A stretch of 64,000 nucleotides of DNA, taken from Ramlibacter sp. (GTDB lineage: Bacteria > Pseudomonadota > Gammaproteobacteria > Burkholderiales > Burkholderiaceae_C). The notes under the pieces were generated by a model. The model searched no databases. It had not been told where the DNA came from and saw only the letters and a list, made by a program, of their open reading frames with translations. The position numbers were made by a program, and so were the translations under genes. Below are positions 30,354-45,804 of this stretch, one piece after another (position 1 is the first letter of the stretch; each line of letters opens with the position of its first letter). The DNA lies in the NCBI GenBank assembly GCA_046595775.1, contig JBKJOM010000132.1:1648-65647 (forward strand). Reading direction: 5' to 3'.

Positions 30354-30362
30354 CGCGGCAGT

Positions 30363-32426
30363 CTACTGCGGTGGCCGGAAGATCCGCTCGAACAACTTGT
30401 TCACGAAATTGCCGACCGGGTCGTCGTTCGGTGGTGGCGCCTTGGGCTTGGGCTTCGGGCGCGGAATGTCGAACTCCGCGCTTGCGTCCAGCCAGCGGCT
30501 GCGCAACGCCTGCTGGAACACGTCGCCGACGATCGGCAAGGCACTACGGGCGCCCTCGCCCCAACTGCTGCCCATGGTCACCGTGTTGTCGTTGAAGCCT
30601 ACCCACGCGCCCGCCACCAGTTGCCGATGCATGAGGATGAACCAGCCATCGCTGTAGTCCTGCGTGGTACCGGTCTTGCCCGCGACGTCGGCAGTGATGC
30701 CATAGCGCTGGCGGATGGCGGCGCCGGTGCCTTCATCGACCACGCCGCGCATCACATCGACGAGCGTCAGCACCGCGTCGCGCGGCATGGCCGGCTCGGG
30801 TTCGGGCGGACGGAACTCCTCCAGCAACTGGCCGTCGCGCCGCTCGATGCGCAGCACCAGCAGCGGCTCCATGTAGAAGCCCGCGTTGGCGATGCTGCCG
30901 TAGGCCGCCACCATTTCGCGCAAGGTGACCGGGCTGGTGCCCAGAGCCAGCGACGGCACGAGTTCGAGCTTGCTTTGCCGCACGCCCATCGCGCGTGCCA
31001 GCTCCGCCACGCGCCTGGGGCCGACCTGCTGCATCAGTTGCGCGGTGATCGTGTTTTTCGAATAGGCGAGGCCATCCCGCAGCGTGACCGGCTGGCCGCT
31101 CGGCGGCGACGAGTCGGTCGGGCTCCACACCCCGCCGCCGGGAATGCGGATGGACACTGCTTCATCGATGAAAGTGGTGGTCGGGCTGATTCCCTGCGCG
31201 AAAGCGGCGCCGTACACGAAGGGCTTGAAGGTCGAGCCCGGCTGGCGGCGCGCCTGCGAGACGTGGTCGAACTGCTCTTTCGCAAAGTCGCGGCTGCCCA
31301 CCCAGGCCCGCACGAAACCCGAGCGCGGGTCCAGCGCGAGGAACCCCGCCTGCAGCACTTGCGCCTCCTCGCCCTTGCGGCGGCGCCGGTCCGCCAGCGT
31401 CTGCAATTGCGCCAATTGACGCGCGACGGCCTGGTTGGCGGCCTTCTGCAATTTCGAGTCGATGGTGGTCCGCACCACCAGCCCGTCACCATAGATGTCG
31501 TAGCCGCGCCGGTCGGCCCACTCGATCAGCCACTTGCGCAACGCGGCCGCCACATGCGGTGCCTGGCCCAGGGGCTCGACCTGCCGCTCAAACTCAACGC
31601 CCAGTGGCCGCCGCGAGAGTGCCTCGAGCCGCGCCTTCGGCAGCTTGCCGGACTTCACCATCTGCGCCAGCACCAGGTTGCGCCGCTCCAGGGCGCGCTC
31701 GGGATTGAGCACCGGGTTGTACGCACTTGTGCCCTTGAGCATGCCAATCAGGGTGGCGCTCTGCAGCACGTCCAGCTTGTCGGCGGTCGTGTCGAAATAC
31801 GTGCGCGCCGCCATTTCGATGCCGAACGCGTTGTAGAGGAAAGGCACCGTGTTGAGATAGGTCTCGAGGATTTCCTTCTTGGAATACACCGCTTCGATCT
31901 TCAGCGCGGTGATGGCTTCCTTGACCTTGCGGTTGATCGTCGGCGCGCGGCCGATCTCCTCCGGAAACAGGTTGCGCGCGAGTTGCTGCGTGATGGTCGA
32001 GCCGCCCTGGCGGTTGCCCGAAAACGTCCGCAGTGCCGCGCCTGCCGTGCGCCGCAGGTCGATGCCGTGGTGATCGTAGAAGCGCCGGTCTTCGGTGGCG
32101 ATCAGGGCATCGACGACGCTCGGCGAGATTTTCGCGAGCGGCACCCAGCGGCGATTGATGCGGCGGTATTCGGCCAGCACCAATCCATCGGATGACAAAA
32201 GCACGGCCGGGGTTTCGGAGCGGAACTTGCCGAGGTCGCCGATGCCGGGCGTGAACGGCACCAGCGCCAGCACATACGCGAGCACCGCGAGCGGCAGGAC
32301 CATCGCTGTGAGAAAGGGATGCAGCCGCACCCAAGCGTATGCGGCACGACCGCGGGCAAGCGCGGCTTCGCGCCAGCGGTCGATGCCAGGGCTCACGACT
32401 TTGCCGGGTTCGGGGGTCTCCATCAA
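30363..32426 (-). CDS. Class A penicillin-binding protein (PBP1A family)
   Basis: Transglycosylase EDRRFYDHHG and GGSTITQQLARN; transpeptidase STFK, SKN, KTG. Confidence 0.92.
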   Translation of the reverse strand: MMETPEPGKVVSPGIDRWREAALARGRAAYAWVRLHPFLTAMVLPLAVLAYVLALVPFTPGIGDLGKFRSETPAVLLSSDGLVLAEYRRINRRWVPLAKISPSVVDALIATEDRRFYDHHGIDLRRTAGAALRTFSGNRQGGSTITQQLARNLFPEEIGRAPTINRKVKEAITALKIEAVYSKKEILETYLNTVPFLYNAFGIEMAARTYFDTTADKLDVLQSATLIGMLKGTSAYNPVLNPERALERRNLVLAQMVKSGKLPKARLEALSRRPLGVEFERQVEPLGQAPHVAAALRKWLIEWADRRGYDIYGDGLVVRTTIDSKLQKAANQAVARQLAQLQTLADRRRRKGEEAQVLQAGFLALDPRSGFVRAWVGSRDFAKEQFDHVSQARRQPGSTFKPFVYGAAFAQGISPTTTFIDEAVSIRIPGGGVWSPTDSSPPSGQPVTLRDGLAYSKNTITAQLMQQVGPRRVAELARAMGVRQSKLELVPSLALGTSPVTLREMVAAYGSIANAGFYMEPLLVLRIERRDGQLLEEFRPPEPEPAMPRDAVLTLVDVMRGVVDEGTGAAIRQRYGITADVAGKTGTTQDYSDGWFILMHRQLVAGAWVGFNDNTVTMGSSWGEGARSALPIVGDVFQQALRSRWLDASAEFDIPRPKPKPKAPPPNDDPVGNFVNKLFERIFRPPQ

Positions 32427-32577
32427 CGCGAATATGGGCCGCGCGGCGGCTCAGCTGTGTAGGACATGAGGCATTGGACTACAACAGGACGCTCCCCGTA
32501 CCCATGGGTTCGTGGCCCGGCTGTTTTTAGACTGCCCTTGCAACTGTCTCAGCAGGACCCCAAGAGAGGAAATCGCA

Positions 32578-33831
32578 GTGAACCAGCCCCGGCAATCGAC
32601 GCCTTACCTACGCCTTACGGCAACCGCATTCGCGGCCTTGTGGCTCGCCGCTTGCGGTGGCGGTGGCGGTGGCGGCGAATCGACGCCCGCCCCCGCTCCG
32701 GCGCCCGTCACCGCGTCAGCCCCGCCTCCGGTAGCCACCGACCCGGACAGGCCGCTGACCCAGCCGGCTGCACCGGCACCTGCCCCTTCGCCCGCGCCGG
32801 CACCTACACCGGCGCCCACGCCAGCGCCGGCTCCCGCTCCGGCACCGGCCCCTGCTCCGGCCCCGGCCCCGGCCCCGGCTCCGGCCCCGGCCCCGGCCCC
32901 GGCCCCGGCCCCGGCCCCGGCTCCGGCTCCCGCGCCAGTCCCGGCTCCGGCGCCTGCTCCCGCCGCGATCCCCGGCGCGAGCTGGACTACGCACGACAGC
33001 GCGCGCAACTGGTGGTGGACTGCTTCTTCCGCAACCGGCACGAAACTCGCCGCGGTCGCCAATTACGGGCAGATCTACACCTCGGATAACTCGGGCGCCA
33101 CATGGACCCCGCGTGCGATGGACCAGGCATGGTCCGCGATCGCAATGACGCCGGACGGCGGCCGCATGATCGCTTCGGCCTTTGGCATCGCGATCTATAC
33201 CTCGACCGACGGCGGCGTGAACTGGAATGCTTCGCTGCCGAACGCGCAGAACTGGGTGGGCGTGGCCACGTCCACCGATGGCCAGCGCCTGGTGGCTGTG
33301 CCCCGCGATGCACGCATCTACACCTCTGCCGATGGCGGCGCCAACTGGACGCCGCGCGAATCGGCGCGGGACTGGCGGGCGGTGGCTTCGTCGGCCGACG
33401 GCACGCGGCTGGTGGCCGTCGTCATGGGCGGGCAGATCTATACATCCACCGATGCGGGCGCGAACTGGACGCCACGCGAGTCCAGCCGCAGTTGGTACCG
33501 CGTGACTTCATCGGCCGACGGCATGAAGCTGGCAGCTGCGGACCTGGGCGGCCTGATCTATACCTCGACCGATGGCGGAGCCTCGTGGACGCCACGTTTC
33601 CGCGTCGCTGCCTACAACGGCATCGTGTCATCGGCGGACGGCAACACGCTGGCGTTGATCGTTCCTTCGAACACCCAGGAGACCAATGGTTTCGTCTACG
33701 TGTCGGTGGATGGCGGCGCAACCTGGACCGCGCGCGAGCAGAACCGCATGTGGCGCGGCATCGGCATGAACTCCGACGGCACGCGCCTGATCGCCGCCGA
33801 ATATGGCGGCCTCATCTACACCTCGCCTTGA
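32578..33831 (+). CDS. Lipoprotein with Pro-Ala stalk and 7-bladed Asp-box (BNR/YCF48-like) beta-propeller
   Basis: GAGGA RBS plus GTG; LAAC-GGGGGG lipobox; (PA)n; seven SxDGxxL...IYTSTDGGxxW repeats. Confidence 0.85.
   Translation: MNQPRQSTPYLRLTATAFAALWLAACGGGGGGGESTPAPAPAPVTASAPPPVATDPDRPLTQPAAPAPAPSPAPAPTPAPTPAPAPAPAPAPAPAPAPAPAPAPAPAPAPAPAPAPAPAPVPAPAPAPAAIPGASWTTHDSARNWWWTASSATGTKLAAVANYGQIYTSDNSGATWTPRAMDQAWSAIAMTPDGGRMIASAFGIAIYTSTDGGVNWNASLPNAQNWVGVATSTDGQRLVAVPRDARIYTSADGGANWTPRESARDWRAVASSADGTRLVAVVMGGQIYTSTDAGANWTPRESSRSWYRVTSSADGMKLAAADLGGLIYTSTDGGASWTPRFRVAAYNGIVSSADGNTLALIVPSNTQETNGFVYVSVDGGATWTAREQNRMWRGIGMNSDGTRLIAAEYGGLIYTSP
32764..32964 (+). repeat. Hexanucleotide (CCGGCN) coding tandem repeat encoding (Pro-Ala)n
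   Basis: Near-perfect CCGGCC run at about 32857-32922. Confidence 0.9.
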
Positions 33832-33853
33832 GGCGCGAGGGCTGGCCGGACTG

Positions 33854-34285
33854 CTAGGACTGGCCGAGCCGCTCGGCGGCCTCGCGCCGGCCCATCTTGC
33901 GTAAGCCCGCGATGGCCTGGATCTGCTTGGCACGCGGCCTCGTGTTGCCGCTTTCCCATTTGTAGACTGACAGCGCCGAGACGCCAAGCAGTTTGGCCAC
34001 CGACGAAGCCGACAAGCCCAACCGCCGGCGTTGCGACGCCAGGCTCTTTGCGCTGAAGCGGACCTGGGGCTCGTCGGAAGCTTCGGCCGGGGCGGCGGCG
34101 GCACGTCCGGTGCCCTTGCCCAGGCGCTTGACCTGCTGTTCGAGGGCCTGGGTGCGCCGCTTCAGGTCGGCGATCTGGGCTCTGTATTGGGCGATGCTCT
34201 TTTTCAGCGCCTCGGTTTCCGTGCGCAATTCCTTGCGCGAGACACGGGCGATTTCGCTCTTGAGGACAGATCCGATATTGGGCAT
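33854..34285 (-). CDS. XRE-family HTH protein with N-terminal coiled coil
   Basis: RRRLGLSASSVAKLLGVSALSVYKWESGNTRPR. Confidence 0.85.
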   Translation of the reverse strand: MPNIGSVLKSEIARVSRKELRTETEALKKSIAQYRAQIADLKRRTQALEQQVKRLGKGTGRAAAAPAEASDEPQVRFSAKSLASQRRRLGLSASSVAKLLGVSALSVYKWESGNTRPRAKQIQAIAGLRKMGRREAAERLGQS

Positions 34286-34428
34286 TGTGGGTTGTACTGT
34301 GGCGGCCAGTCCCGCGTTTGACTGCCGGGTTGCCTGGCCACAAAGACCTCCTGAACACCTATCTTAGCCCCGCTGCGCTAAAACGCCCTGCTCTACTTTT
34401 CTTTTTTGGCCGATGCCGGTGCTTTCGA

Positions 34429-35019
34429 TCAGCCGCCGGGCTTCCCGGCGCGCTTGAGTGGCTGCCAGCCGGCGAATTGCGGGTAGTGCCTCGCCACCAC
34501 CGGGCCGTCGAAATCCCAGGCGATGCAACGACCGACGTGATACGGCGGCTTCTCACTTTGCGCAGAAGCGATGCCTGCAAGCCGCCGCTCGCGCTCGCGA
34601 TAGGGAAAGACCGTCTGGTAGGCGGCCGTGGCCATGTTGAACAGCAGCTCGCGAAGGTGCGTGCAGCCCTTGACGCCGCCCAGCGCTTTCTCGATCGTCA
34701 CGCGCCAGCCCGGTCCCATGCTGGCGCCGATCATCGCCCGCATCGGGTCTTCACCCGCGCGGCATTCATCGAAGGGCGTGTCGTCCATGGAGGCCACGAT
34801 GTCGTGGATCTTCATGGTGTCGTCGATGGTCACGCGGATCACCATACCGTGCACGGGCTCGCCCGGCAATAGTTCGCCGCGCTCGAGGTCGCTGGCGTAG
34901 GTCTTGGTATCGGCGAGTTCGCCTTCGACTTCCCAAAGGCCATCCTCGCGCAGGAAGCCGCGATACGTGACGGCTCGGGTATGGAGGTGCTTTCGGAGGG
35001 CGGACGGGGGCAGTGGCAT
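34429..35019 (-). CDS. DUF2889 domain protein
   Basis: HTRAVTYRGFLREDGLWEVEG, GCTHLRELL. Confidence 0.85.
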   Translation of the reverse strand: MPLPPSALRKHLHTRAVTYRGFLREDGLWEVEGELADTKTYASDLERGELLPGEPVHGMVIRVTIDDTMKIHDIVASMDDTPFDECRAGEDPMRAMIGASMGPGWRVTIEKALGGVKGCTHLRELLFNMATAAYQTVFPYRERERRLAGIASAQSEKPPYHVGRCIAWDFDGPVVARHYPQFAGWQPLKRAGKPGG

Positions 35020-35074
35020 GGAAGCAATTGTCCCAGACACAGCCCCGATGGCCCTGTCACCCAGCTTCCTGCCC

Positions 35075-35581
35075 TTACAGGGCCTTGTAGAAATACACCG
35101 TCGCGCAATGGCCGCCCTGCGGCAGCAACGCATAGTCCGGGATCGCGCCGACCCGCTGCCAGCCACAACGTTCGTACAGGCGCTCGGCATCGGCGCTGGC
35201 GGTATCGAGCACCAGCAGCGTCTTGCCGGCCGAACGGGCCGCGTCTTCGGCAGCGCGCATCAGGGCCTCGCCCAGCCCGCGCTTGCGGGCGCTTCTGTGG
35301 ACGAGCATTTTCGAGACATCGCCACGATGCGGCTGGTTCTCCGGTTGCGACAGCACGACCTGCACCGTGCCCAGCATCTCCTGGCCTTCCTGCGCGACAA
35401 GCAGGATGCGCTCACCGCGGGCAGCGCTGTCGGCGACGCCTTGCCAGAACGCTGCTGCCTTCTCGTGCGTCAACGGCTGCATGAAACTGACCGAGGCGCC
35501 CCCTTCGACGCAGTCGATGAGGATATCGGCCAGGGCCTGCAATTGGGCGGCGGTGGGGGCTTCGAGCGGGTGGATCTTCAT
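35075..35581 (-). CDS. GNAT acetyltransferase (Ttr-like)
   Basis: DCVEGGASVSF, ENQPHRGDVSKMLVHRSARKRGLG, LYERCGW. Confidence 0.9.
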   Translation of the reverse strand: MKIHPLEAPTAAQLQALADILIDCVEGGASVSFMQPLTHEKAAAFWQGVADSAARGERILLVAQEGQEMLGTVQVVLSQPENQPHRGDVSKMLVHRSARKRGLGEALMRAAEDAARSAGKTLLVLDTASADAERLYERCGWQRVGAIPDYALLPQGGHCATVYFYKAL

Positions 35582-35787
35582 GGCGGGAGGAAAGGATGCG
35601 ACGCGATCCCAAGGGTTCAGCAGCAATGTCCCGGAGTTTGCGTCAAACACCCATACGCCTTTCGGCTAAGGGCGCGGCTCGCCCCTGCGGGCGGCCATCG
35701 TTCAAAGCCTTGCAACGCTGCATTCATAGTGCGCAGGGGCCGCCCGGCCCCTTGCGCGCCCACAATGAAGTTCAAAGGAAATCCACC

Positions 35788-36618
35788 ATGAACCGCATGC
35801 CATCGCTCTTCGTTTCGCACGGCGCCCCCACCTTTGCCATCGAGCCGGCGCAGGCCGGCCCGCTGTTGGCCCGGCTCGGCCGCGAATTGCCAAAGCCCAG
35901 GGCGGTGCTCGTGCTCTCGCCGCACTGGATCACACGCGATGTGCGTGTGAGTTCCACTGCACAGCCGGAAACCATCCACGACTTCGGCGGTTTCCCGGCC
36001 GAGCTCTACAGCATCCAGTACCCCGCGCCAGGCGCGCCCGACGTGGCAGCACGCGCGCTGGAACTGCTCAACGCCGACGGCTGGAACGCCACCGCCGACG
36101 AGCGCCGCGGCATGGACCATGGGGCCTGGGTGCCGGTGCGTCATCTCTATCCCGATGCCGATGTGCCGGTGCTGCAGGTCTCGATGCCGCATACGCTCGA
36201 CGCAGCGGGGGCTGTGAGGCTGGGCAAAACACTCGCACCGCTCGCCGACGAAGGCGTGCTGATCCTCGGGTCGGGCAGCATCACACATAACTTGCACGAG
36301 TTCCGCCAGGACATCGGCGCACCGGCCGCTGTGTACGCCACCGAGTTCGTCGACTGGGCGCGCCGCTCGGTGCAGTCGCACGACGAGGCGGCGCTCGCGA
36401 ACTACCTGCAGGCGGCGCCGCATGCGCAACGCGCGCACCCGACGCCGGACCACTACCTGCCGCTGCCCTTCGCCTTCGGGGCTTCCGACAAGTCAGCACC
36501 GGTGCAAGTGATCGACGGCGGCATGACGTATGGCATGTTGGCGATGGACGCGTATGTGTTCGGCACACCGTCGGTGGCGGTGCGCGCATTTCCGGAGCCG
36601 CCGCGCCGCCTGCTGTAG
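35788..36618 (+). CDS. DODA-type class III extradiol dioxygenase (YgiD/LigB family)
   Basis: [39 protein letters not shown]. Confidence 0.9.
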   Translation: MNRMPSLFVSHGAPTFAIEPAQAGPLLARLGRELPKPRAVLVLSPHWITRDVRVSSTAQPETIHDFGGFPAELYSIQYPAPGAPDVAARALELLNADGWNATADERRGMDHGAWVPVRHLYPDADVPVLQVSMPHTLDAAGAVRLGKTLAPLADEGVLILGSGSITHNLHEFRQDIGAPAAVYATEFVDWARRSVQSHDEAALANYLQAAPHAQRAHPTPDHYLPLPFAFGASDKSAPVQVIDGGMTYGMLAMDAYVFGTPSVAVRAFPEPPRRLL

Positions 36619-36620
36619 AG

Positions 36621-43051
<6,431 letters not shown>

Positions 43052-43052
<1 letters not shown>

Positions 43053-43378
43053 TGACCATTGACGTGCCCACTTTCCGCGAACTGGAGGACAGCGCCGGCC
43101 CCGAGTTCGTGGCCGAGCTGGTCGATACCCTCCTGCAGGAGGCGCCGCTCACCCTTGCCGAGATGCGCAGCGCGTTCGCCGCAAAGTCGGCCGAGCGATT
43201 CCGCCGCGCCGCGCACTCGCTCAAGTCGAACGGACTCACCTTCGGTGCCACCGATTTCGCTGCAATGGCACGTGAGCTGGAAACCGGTGGCCTGCCTGCC
43301 GACCCGGCACCCATCGACGCGTTGCAGCGGGCCTTCGAAGCTGCCGCGAGCGAGTTGCAGGAGCTGTGCCGTGGCTGA
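43052..43378 (+). CDS. Hpt phosphotransfer protein
   Basis: RRAAHSLKSNG; TGATG overlap with the kinase stop. Confidence 0.9.
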
Positions 43379-44396
43379 GCGCGGTGCCCGCCTGCTGGTC
43401 GCCGACGACAACAAGGTCAATCGCCTGCTGCTGGCCCGCGGCCTCGAGTTGCTCGGCCACCGCGTGGCCAGCGCCGAGAACGGCCGCGTTGCGCTCGAGA
43501 TGCTGCGCCGCGAGAGTTTCGACCTGCTGCTGCTTGACATGGAGATGCCGGAGATCGACGGCTTCCAGGTCCTGGAGCAGATGTTGGCCGACAACGAGCT
43601 GCGCCAGGTGCCGGTCATCGTCACCTCGGCGCTTGAGGGCATCGCCGACGTGGTACGTTGCATCGAGCTGGGCGCAGACGACTTCCTGCGCAAACCCGTC
43701 AACCCGGTGCTGCTCAAGGCGCGGGTCAATTCCAGCCTGGAGAAGAAGCGCCTGCGCGACCAGCAGCGCGACATGGTGCGGCGCTTCGCCACCTCCGAAG
43801 TGGAGCAGGACCTGCAAAACTCGGGCTTCGCTTTGGGCGGCCGGCACGTGACGGGTTCGGCCATGTTCTCCGACATCCGAGGCTTCACCAGCCTGGCCGA
43901 GTCCCAAGGGCCGGAAGAGACCATCGAGCTGCTCAACACCTACTACACGCTGATGTTCGAGGCGATCACCTCGCACGGCGGGGTGGTCAACCAGATGGTG
44001 GGCGATGGGCTCATGGCCATCTTCGGGGCGCCGCTGCCGCTGGCGGAGCCGGCGCTCGCCGCTGTGCGGGCTGCGCTCGACATGCAGGAGATGATCGGCC
44101 TGTTCAATACCGAGCGGGTAGCACAGGGCAAGCCGCCCATCGCTATCGGCGTGGGTATCGCCACCGGCGAGATGATTGCGGGCTACACCGGCACGCACGA
44201 GCGCGCCACCTATACCTGCGTGGGCGACACCGTCAACCGCGCGGCGCGGCTTGAAGCGCACACCAAGGAGATCGCCCTGGGCATCGCGGTGGATGACGCC
44301 ACTTACGCGGCGCTCCAGGGGCGCATCCCGATGCAGGAAATGCCCGCCGTGACCTTCAAGGGCAAGTCGGTGCCGACCGGGGTCTACGCCACCTGA
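43371..44396 (+). CDS. Receiver domain + class III adenylate/guanylate cyclase
   Basis: VADDN...LDMEMP...RKP receiver; FSDIRGFT, VGDGLM, YTCVGDTVNRAARLE; GTG start overlaps the Hpt end. Confidence 0.92.
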   Translation: MAERGARLLVADDNKVNRLLLARGLELLGHRVASAENGRVALEMLRRESFDLLLLDMEMPEIDGFQVLEQMLADNELRQVPVIVTSALEGIADVVRCIELGADDFLRKPVNPVLLKARVNSSLEKKRLRDQQRDMVRRFATSEVEQDLQNSGFALGGRHVTGSAMFSDIRGFTSLAESQGPEETIELLNTYYTLMFEAITSHGGVVNQMVGDGLMAIFGAPLPLAEPALAAVRAALDMQEMIGLFNTERVAQGKPPIAIGVGIATGEMIAGYTGTHERATYTCVGDTVNRAARLEAHTKEIALGIAVDDATYAALQGRIPMQEMPAVTFKGKSVPTGVYAT

Positions 44397-45136
44397 TCGA
44401 GCACGGGCTGCGCCACGGGTGCTTCGGGCACCGCGGGCGTCGGCTTCAAAACAACCGCCTGCTCCAGCCCCACCACCTGCTCGCGCAGCCGCTGGATGTC
44501 GGCACTCAGGCGGTGCGCTATCAGGTTGGAGACCTGGAAGGCCAGGCTCGGGTTCTGGAAATACAGCTGCTTGAACATGTCCTCGGCGATGCCGAGCACC
44601 ACGCAGTCTGTCACGCATCGCGCCGTGAGCGTGCGCGTGCGCTCGGGCGAGAAGAAGGAAATTTCCCCGAAGATCTCACCGGCCGGTTGGCGCTTGCCGA
44701 TCTCCACCAGTTCCAGCTTGCCGGACACCAGCAAGTGGATCGAATCAGCGGGGTCGCCCTTGCTGAACAGCATGGCGCCCGCTTTCAGCTTGTGCGTGCG
44801 CATGTAGGGCTTGAGCCAGAGGCCCTTCACGTCGCCCGCGCCCGTCGCCGCATCGACCTGTTGCGTGAGCCGGCGGATTTCAACCAGGCGCCAGGCATTG
44901 ACCGGAATCAGCACGAGGTACAGAACGATGTTGGCCGGCTCGGGCGCCAGGATCGCGCCCACCAGCAGCAACACATTGCTGCCCACCGTCAGCGCCCGCA
45001 AGGGCATCATGGTGCGCACGAACGACGCCCAGATCACCAGCCCCACTCCGGACAGCGTGAAAGCCAGCATCACGATGCCGCGCGTGCTGCTGAACGGGCG
45101 CACCAGTTCGCCCCACAGACCCGACAAGCCTTCCAC
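44384..45136 (-). CDS. Membrane protein with cyclic-nucleotide-binding domain (Popeye-like, no HTH)
   Basis: About 3 N-terminal TM helices (MMPLRAL...NAWRL); LFSKGD...SGKL...FGEISFFSPERTRTLTA phosphate-binding cassette. Confidence 0.85.
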   Translation of the reverse strand: MEGLSGLWGELVRPFSSTRGIVMLAFTLSGVGLVIWASFVRTMMPLRALTVGSNVLLLVGAILAPEPANIVLYLVLIPVNAWRLVEIRRLTQQVDAATGAGDVKGLWLKPYMRTHKLKAGAMLFSKGDPADSIHLLVSGKLELVEIGKRQPAGEIFGEISFFSPERTRTLTARCVTDCVVLGIAEDMFKQLYFQNPSLAFQVSNLIAHRLSADIQRLREQVVGLEQAVVLKPTPAVPEAPVAQPVLDQVA

Positions 45137-45139
45137 CGT

Positions 45140-45691
45140 TCAGCGCCCGAAAGCCTGCGACAGCTGCGACAGCGCCTGGTTGAGCGTGTCGTCGGCACCC
45201 GCGTGCACCTCGCCTTCCGGCGAGAGGTGATTCACGATCTGCGGCAGGATCTGCGCCAAGCCACCGGCCACTTCTTCCTGCGGCACGCCCAGTTGCTGGG
45301 ACATTTGCGACAGCTCATCATCGCCAAAAACATGTTGCACGGCGCCCGCATCGATCGGCTGGTTCTCGCCGGTCGAAACCCAGGAACCCACCTGCTGTCC
45401 GTGCCCGGCTTGCTTGAATTTCTCCATCAGGCCACCGATGCCGCCGGCGCGCTGCACCAGTTGCAACGCCAGCGGCAACAGGGCCGCCAGCAGCGCGCCC
45501 TTGCCGGCCAGCGGCGAGCCATCGTCGTCATTGCTGGCGCGCTGGCCACCGCCGAGCATCCCGCCCAACATGCCGCCGAGCCCACCGAGTCCGCCCAGGC
45601 TACCGAGGCCACCCAGGCCGCCCTGGCCGCTTTGGGAGGCGCCGCCGCCCAGCACACTGCCGAGCACTTGGGAAAGGAAATCGTTGGCCAT
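45140..45691 (-). CDS. YidB (DUF937) family protein
   Basis: Gly-rich N-terminus; GGIGGLMEKF, SWVSTGENQPI, LPQIVNHLSPEG. Confidence 0.88.
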   Translation of the reverse strand: MANDFLSQVLGSVLGGGASQSGQGGLGGLGSLGGLGGLGGMLGGMLGGGQRASNDDDGSPLAGKGALLAALLPLALQLVQRAGGIGGLMEKFKQAGHGQQVGSWVSTGENQPIDAGAVQHVFGDDELSQMSQQLGVPQEEVAGGLAQILPQIVNHLSPEGEVHAGADDTLNQALSQLSQAFGR

Positions 45692-45804
45692 GATTGGACT
45701 CCGTCGGCTGTGAATGGATGGGGTGATTAGAACCCAAGCGGCCCGTCGCGTGGCTGAGCCGTTCTCCTACCTGAGCCAGGCGGTACTGCCTTCAGAATGG
45801 ACCC

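Noticed and set aside
32604-33062. Gly-Ala repeat ORF on the minus strand
   Set aside because: Antisense reading of the Pro-Ala repeat.
33854-34285. XRE protein as a prophage repressor or antitoxin
   Set aside because: No phage, integrase or toxin gene nearby.
43371-45136. Pycsar/CBASS-type antiphage system (cyclase plus membrane effector)
   Set aside because: The genes are convergent, the cyclase is receiver-controlled within a phosphorelay, and there is no defence-island context; kept as signalling, though product identity is untested.
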